64,000 bases of DNA, taken from assembly GCA_963675785.1 (NCBI GenBank), contig OY776562.1:224001-288000 (forward strand). Direction: 5' to 3'. The position numbers were made by a program, and so were the translations under genes. Positions 60,855 through 64,000 of the stretch are shown piece after piece; the stretch's first letter is position 1, and the number at the start of each line of letters is the position of its first letter. The stretch is from Anaerolineae bacterium. Lineage in GTDB: Bacteria > Chloroflexota > Anaerolineae > UBA1429. The notes below the pieces were generated by a model. It saw only the letters and a program-made list of their open reading frames with translations, was not told the DNA's origin and did not search any database.

Positions 60855-61026
60855 AAAATACGCCCCCTTGCTTACAAAACTGCGCCTACGCTACGGCTAT
60901 TTAGCGTATAAACTGTGGCGCATCATAGCAATGCTACAGAGGTAGTGTCAAGTTCCCAACAAAAAGATATATAAAGATAAAAGACAAAGGGCCGCCCAAA
61001 TCATGGACGGCCCTGTTTTGCCAGAT

Positions 61027-61479
61027 TTATTCTTCTTCGGCTTCCACTTTGACCTTGACGGTCAGGGTGACATCCTGATGAATACGAATGCTTACTTCGT
61101 GGGTGCCCAGCTCCTTGATTGGCTCGTCAAGGAGAACCTTGCGCTTGTCGAGATCCTTGCCAACCTGCGCCGAGAGTTTCTTGGCAATATCAGCCGCTGT
61201 GATCGACCCATACAGCCGATCCGCTTCGCCTACCTTAGCCTTGAAGAGCAATTCAACTTCGCCAAGACCGGCGACCAGCTCTTCAGCACTCTTGCGAGCT
61301 TCAGCGTCGTGTTTGGCCTGGGCAGCGAGTTGCTGCTCAACGTGGGTGCGGGCTGCCACTGTTGCCTGTTCTGCCAGACCGCGCGGCATCAAATAGTTGC
61401 GAGCATAACCGGCAGCAACGTTCTTGATTTCGCCAGCGTGCCCCAAACCTTTTACATCCTTCAAGAGGATCACTTCCAT
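61027..61479 (-). CDS. rplI: 50S ribosomal protein L9
   Basis: [32 protein letters not shown]. Confidence 0.98.
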   Translation of the reverse strand: MEVILLKDVKGLGHAGEIKNVAAGYARNYLMPRGLAEQATVAARTHVEQQLAAQAKHDAEARKSAEELVAGLGEVELLFKAKVGEADRLYGSITAADIAKKLSAQVGKDLDKRKVLLDEPIKELGTHEVSIRIHQDVTLTVKVKVEAEEE

Positions 61480-61560
61480 GAATCCGCTCCTCCGATAATC
61501 TGCGTTTCAGGAATGATACACCAGATAGGAATGTGCAGCAAACTAGCCTGCTGCAGAAAT

Positions 61561-61593
61561 CAAACGCGGGAGCATCGTTAGCTCCCGCGTTTG
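61561..61593 (-). terminator. Hairpin terminator
   Basis: CAAACGCGGGAGC-atcgtta-GCTCCCGCGTTTG. Confidence 0.7.
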
Positions 61594-61605
61594 GTATTGC
61601 GCGTC

Positions 61606-62673
61606 TTAGCCGATTTTGTTGCCGCAATTGCTGCAGAATTTACTTCCAGCGGGGTTCTCTTGGCCGCAGTTGCCGCATTTGGCCGCAGTTGCCATCTGCG
61701 TTCCGCAGTTGCTGCAGAATTTGCTGCCCACTGGGTTCTGATGGCCACAGCTGGCGCAAAAGATTGCGCCGGCCGCCGCAGCACCAGCTGCTGGCGCTGC
61801 CTGCTGTGGGGCTTGCCCTTGCTGGTTGTTCAAGCCTTGGGATAGCATATTGGCCATAGCTAGGCCAGTGCCCAGGCCCAAGCCGGTCTGCATGGTACCG
61901 GCGGTTCCCTCGGTGGTAGCTGCGTCGCCAACCGCACGGGCGGCCTTGAATTTCATGTAACGGTCCATATCGCCGATGGCGCCCATCGAGGCAGCCTCGT
62001 CGATCGCCGCGCTGGTCTCTTCGGTGGGGCTGATGGAGAGGACATAGAGCTGCATGAGTTGTAAACCGACTGCTGTAAAGTCATCAGTGAGTTTGACACG
62101 AGCAGCCGCCGAGAGTTCTTCGAACATGGCGGGGAGATCAAGGATCGACTTGACGTTACTGCCCAGCAGGTCAGTCAACCGATTGATGATCATGCTGCGC
62201 AGGTAGTTATCGATGTCTTTGGTGCTATAGTAGCCCCGTGCACCAACTACCTGATCGATAAAACGCTGTGGCTCGGCGATGCGCATGCTATAGGTACCGT
62301 GTGCTCGAATGCGTACCATACGCAGCACCTCATCGCGCAAGGTGATGGGCTCAGGTGTGCCCCATCGCTGATCGAGCATGTCACGAGTGCTGACAAAGTA
62401 GCACTCAGCGGTAAAAGGTGTGGTGCCGCTGAACAACCCTTCTACCAGGCGCCCAAGCAGGGGAATATTGGCAGTGGTGATAGTATGCCTTCCCGGTTTG
62501 AACGTATCGAGGGCTTTGCCATCGCGCATGAATACGGCGGCCTGCCCTTCGCGTACGATGAGCTGAGAGCCAATGCGAAAGTCTCCAGAACCCGTCTCTG
62601 GTACACGATGAACGAGTTCTTGGGCCATAGAGTCAGAATATTCGATGACGTCAAGAATTCTGGCCACGGTCAT
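61606..62673 (-). CDS. SPFH-domain protein (YdjI-like) with double zinc ribbon
   Basis: GSQLIVREGQ.AVF, PGRHTITTANIP, WGTPEP, C-terminal CxxCG..N..GSKFCxxCG repeated twice. Confidence 0.88.
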   Translation of the reverse strand: MTVARILDVIEYSDSMAQELVHRVPETGSGDFRIGSQLIVREGQAAVFMRDGKALDTFKPGRHTITTANIPLLGRLVEGLFSGTTPFTAECYFVSTRDMLDQRWGTPEPITLRDEVLRMVRIRAHGTYSMRIAEPQRFIDQVVGARGYYSTKDIDNYLRSMIINRLTDLLGSNVKSILDLPAMFEELSAAARVKLTDDFTAVGLQLMQLYVLSISPTEETSAAIDEAASMGAIGDMDRYMKFKAARAVGDAATTEGTAGTMQTGLGLGTGLAMANMLSQGLNNQQGQAPQQAAPAAGAAAAGAIFCASCGHQNPVGSKFCSNCGTQMATAAKCGNCGQENPAGSKFCSNCGNKIG

Positions 62674-62706
62674 ACTCCTTGAAATCGCGCCTGCAAATGC
62701 GGGCGG

Positions 62707-63225
62707 TTAAGCCAGGATGACGTCCTGGCGCTGGCTGTAAGTGTTGTTCAATTTTTCGAGCAACAGGATGAGTTCGTTCGTAGAAACCGCAGTATCGCCG
62801 CCACTCAAAGCCGCAGTTTCTAGCTGGGCAATGCGAGAAGCGAGCTCGTCCAAATTCTCCAGCATGGCTTCATCGAACTGATAAAGCCGATCCAGCACGT
62901 CCTCATCTACTTTGACGGCATCAAACAGGCCGGCATAGCCATAGCTAGCCGTCTTGATGCGATCGATGAGAACCTGGAGTTTGGTCACAGCGCGCTCTAG
63001 TTTGAGCGTAGCCGAGAGGTCTCCCGCTTCGGTCAAAGTGCGCTGTACGTTCGCCAGTCTGCTGAGCTGTTCTTCGAGTTGGCGCGCTACGTGATCTCGC
63101 AAGAGCTTGTCTGCGTCACGGCGTTTCTCTTTGCGCTGATAACCGCCGATACCGGGGATTTTATCCATCAGCGCTTCGACCTTGTTCTGCGAACGCTGGA
63201 CGCGTTCGTTAAGATCCTCAACCAT
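62707..63225 (-). CDS. Conserved alpha-helical hypothetical protein
   Basis: IPGIGGY..KEKRR.AD.LLR and ASYGYAG motifs; RBS AGGAGG; upstream of the SPFH gene. Confidence 0.75.
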   Translation of the reverse strand: MVEDLNERVQRSQNKVEALMDKIPGIGGYQRKEKRRDADKLLRDHVARQLEEQLSRLANVQRTLTEAGDLSATLKLERAVTKLQVLIDRIKTASYGYAGLFDAVKVDEDVLDRLYQFDEAMLENLDELASRIAQLETAALSGGDTAVSTNELILLLEKLNNTYSQRQDVILA

Positions 63226-63323
63226 GGAGCCCTCCTTTGGCTGCGTGCATCACATTCATAGTCTATACGCAACTAGAGCCGTCTGGGTCGCACCTCTATT
63301 CTATCGCAGTCATCTAGTGGTGT

Positions 63324-64000
63324 CTATGCAGGGCTGGGTTGAGTTTTTCTCAGATATAGATGAAAGGGGCACATCGTCTGTAAAGGGCATGTTGAGCATT
63401 CGGGATTTCTGGCATGGCAAAGCGTTCGGCCATGCTGAATCATTAACAAGTGCAGTGGATAGTACAACTCACTTGGGGTGGCCTCTTCTAAAAGCTCCTG
63501 GGTCTTTTCAGCAGTCATTTTTTCGGGTACAAGGCCTAGCCTGAGGGCAACGCGGTGAACGTGGGTGTCCACGGGCATGGCTGGAACATGCATAGAAAAG
63601 AGCATGACGCAGGCAGCCGTCTTGGGCCCTACGCCTTTAAGGCTGGTAAGGTAGGATTTGATCTCTTGAGGTGGTAGCTTGGTGAGTGCATTCAACGATA
63701 GTTCCCCCTGATCTTTGAGGACTTTTCGGAGAATGGCCTGAATTCGCGGCGCTTTGATGTTGGCTAATCCACCGATACGTATAGCTTCAGCAACGGTTTC
63801 TGTGGGGGCTTCCACGACCTTTTGCCAGGTGGGAAAGGTGTCGGTCAGGTTCTGGTAAGCGCGTGCTGTGTTCACATCGGCTGTGTTTTGCGAGAGAATT
63901 GTCAGCACCAGCTCATCCAGCGGCGGGCGCTGCGGTTTGATCTGGGGGGCTCCATAATAGCCAAGCAGAGTTTCGTGTACTGTCTGGATGGAGGGGGCAG
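63324..64000 (-). CDS. nth: Endonuclease III / HhH-GPD DNA glycosylase (5' end outside the window)
   Basis: LVLTILSQNT, LKGVGPKTA, PVDTHV, Fe-S motif C-x6-C-x2-C-x5-C; frame stays open to the window edge. Confidence 0.9.
   Translation of the reverse strand, partial: APSIQTVHETLLGYYGAPQIKPQRPPLDELVLTILSQNTADVNTARAYQNLTDTFPTWQKVVEAPTETVAEAIRIGGLANIKAPRIQAILRKVLKDQGELSLNALTKLPPQEIKSYLTSLKGVGPKTAACVMLFSMHVPAMPVDTHVHRVALRLGLVPEKMTAEKTQELLEEATPSELYYPLHLLMIQHGRTLCHARNPECSTCPLQTMCPFHLYLRKTQPSPA

Noticed and set aside
61612-61760. Repeated GTTGC/TGCTGCAGAATTT sequences
   Set aside because: They encode the double zinc ribbon of the SPFH protein

Overview
A gene-dense bacterial chromosomal window with no phage, IS element or CRISPR array visible. 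The gene style (T-box, partner-switching module, multi-repeat secreted protein, sugar catabolism) suggests Chloroflexota/Anaerolineae, but this is inference. Housekeeping genes include ftsH, valS with a Val T-box, gltX, zwf, rplI and nth. There are four tRNA genes: Ile2/Met(CAT), Gly, Pro and Sec (selC). Other loci: an sn-glycerol-1-phosphate dehydrogenase, a STAS/RsbW/RsbU module, a glycosyltransferase cluster beside a four-repeat secreted protein, sugar-use genes (galK, PfkB kinase, GH106-like, xylB, two Gfo/Idh/MocA, MFS) and an N-type (atpDC-R-BEFAG) ATPase operon with Na+ motifs. Main findings: (1) a selenocysteine peroxiredoxin split by the ORF track at an in-frame UGA, with a SECIS hairpin, no canonical resolving Cys and two possible starts; (2) a ~320-nt structured leader with an RBS-sequestering stem and an upstream ORF before a VIT1/CCC1 transporter coupled to a membrane-anchored chelatase-like gene; (3) a candidate surface-protein glycosylation locus.
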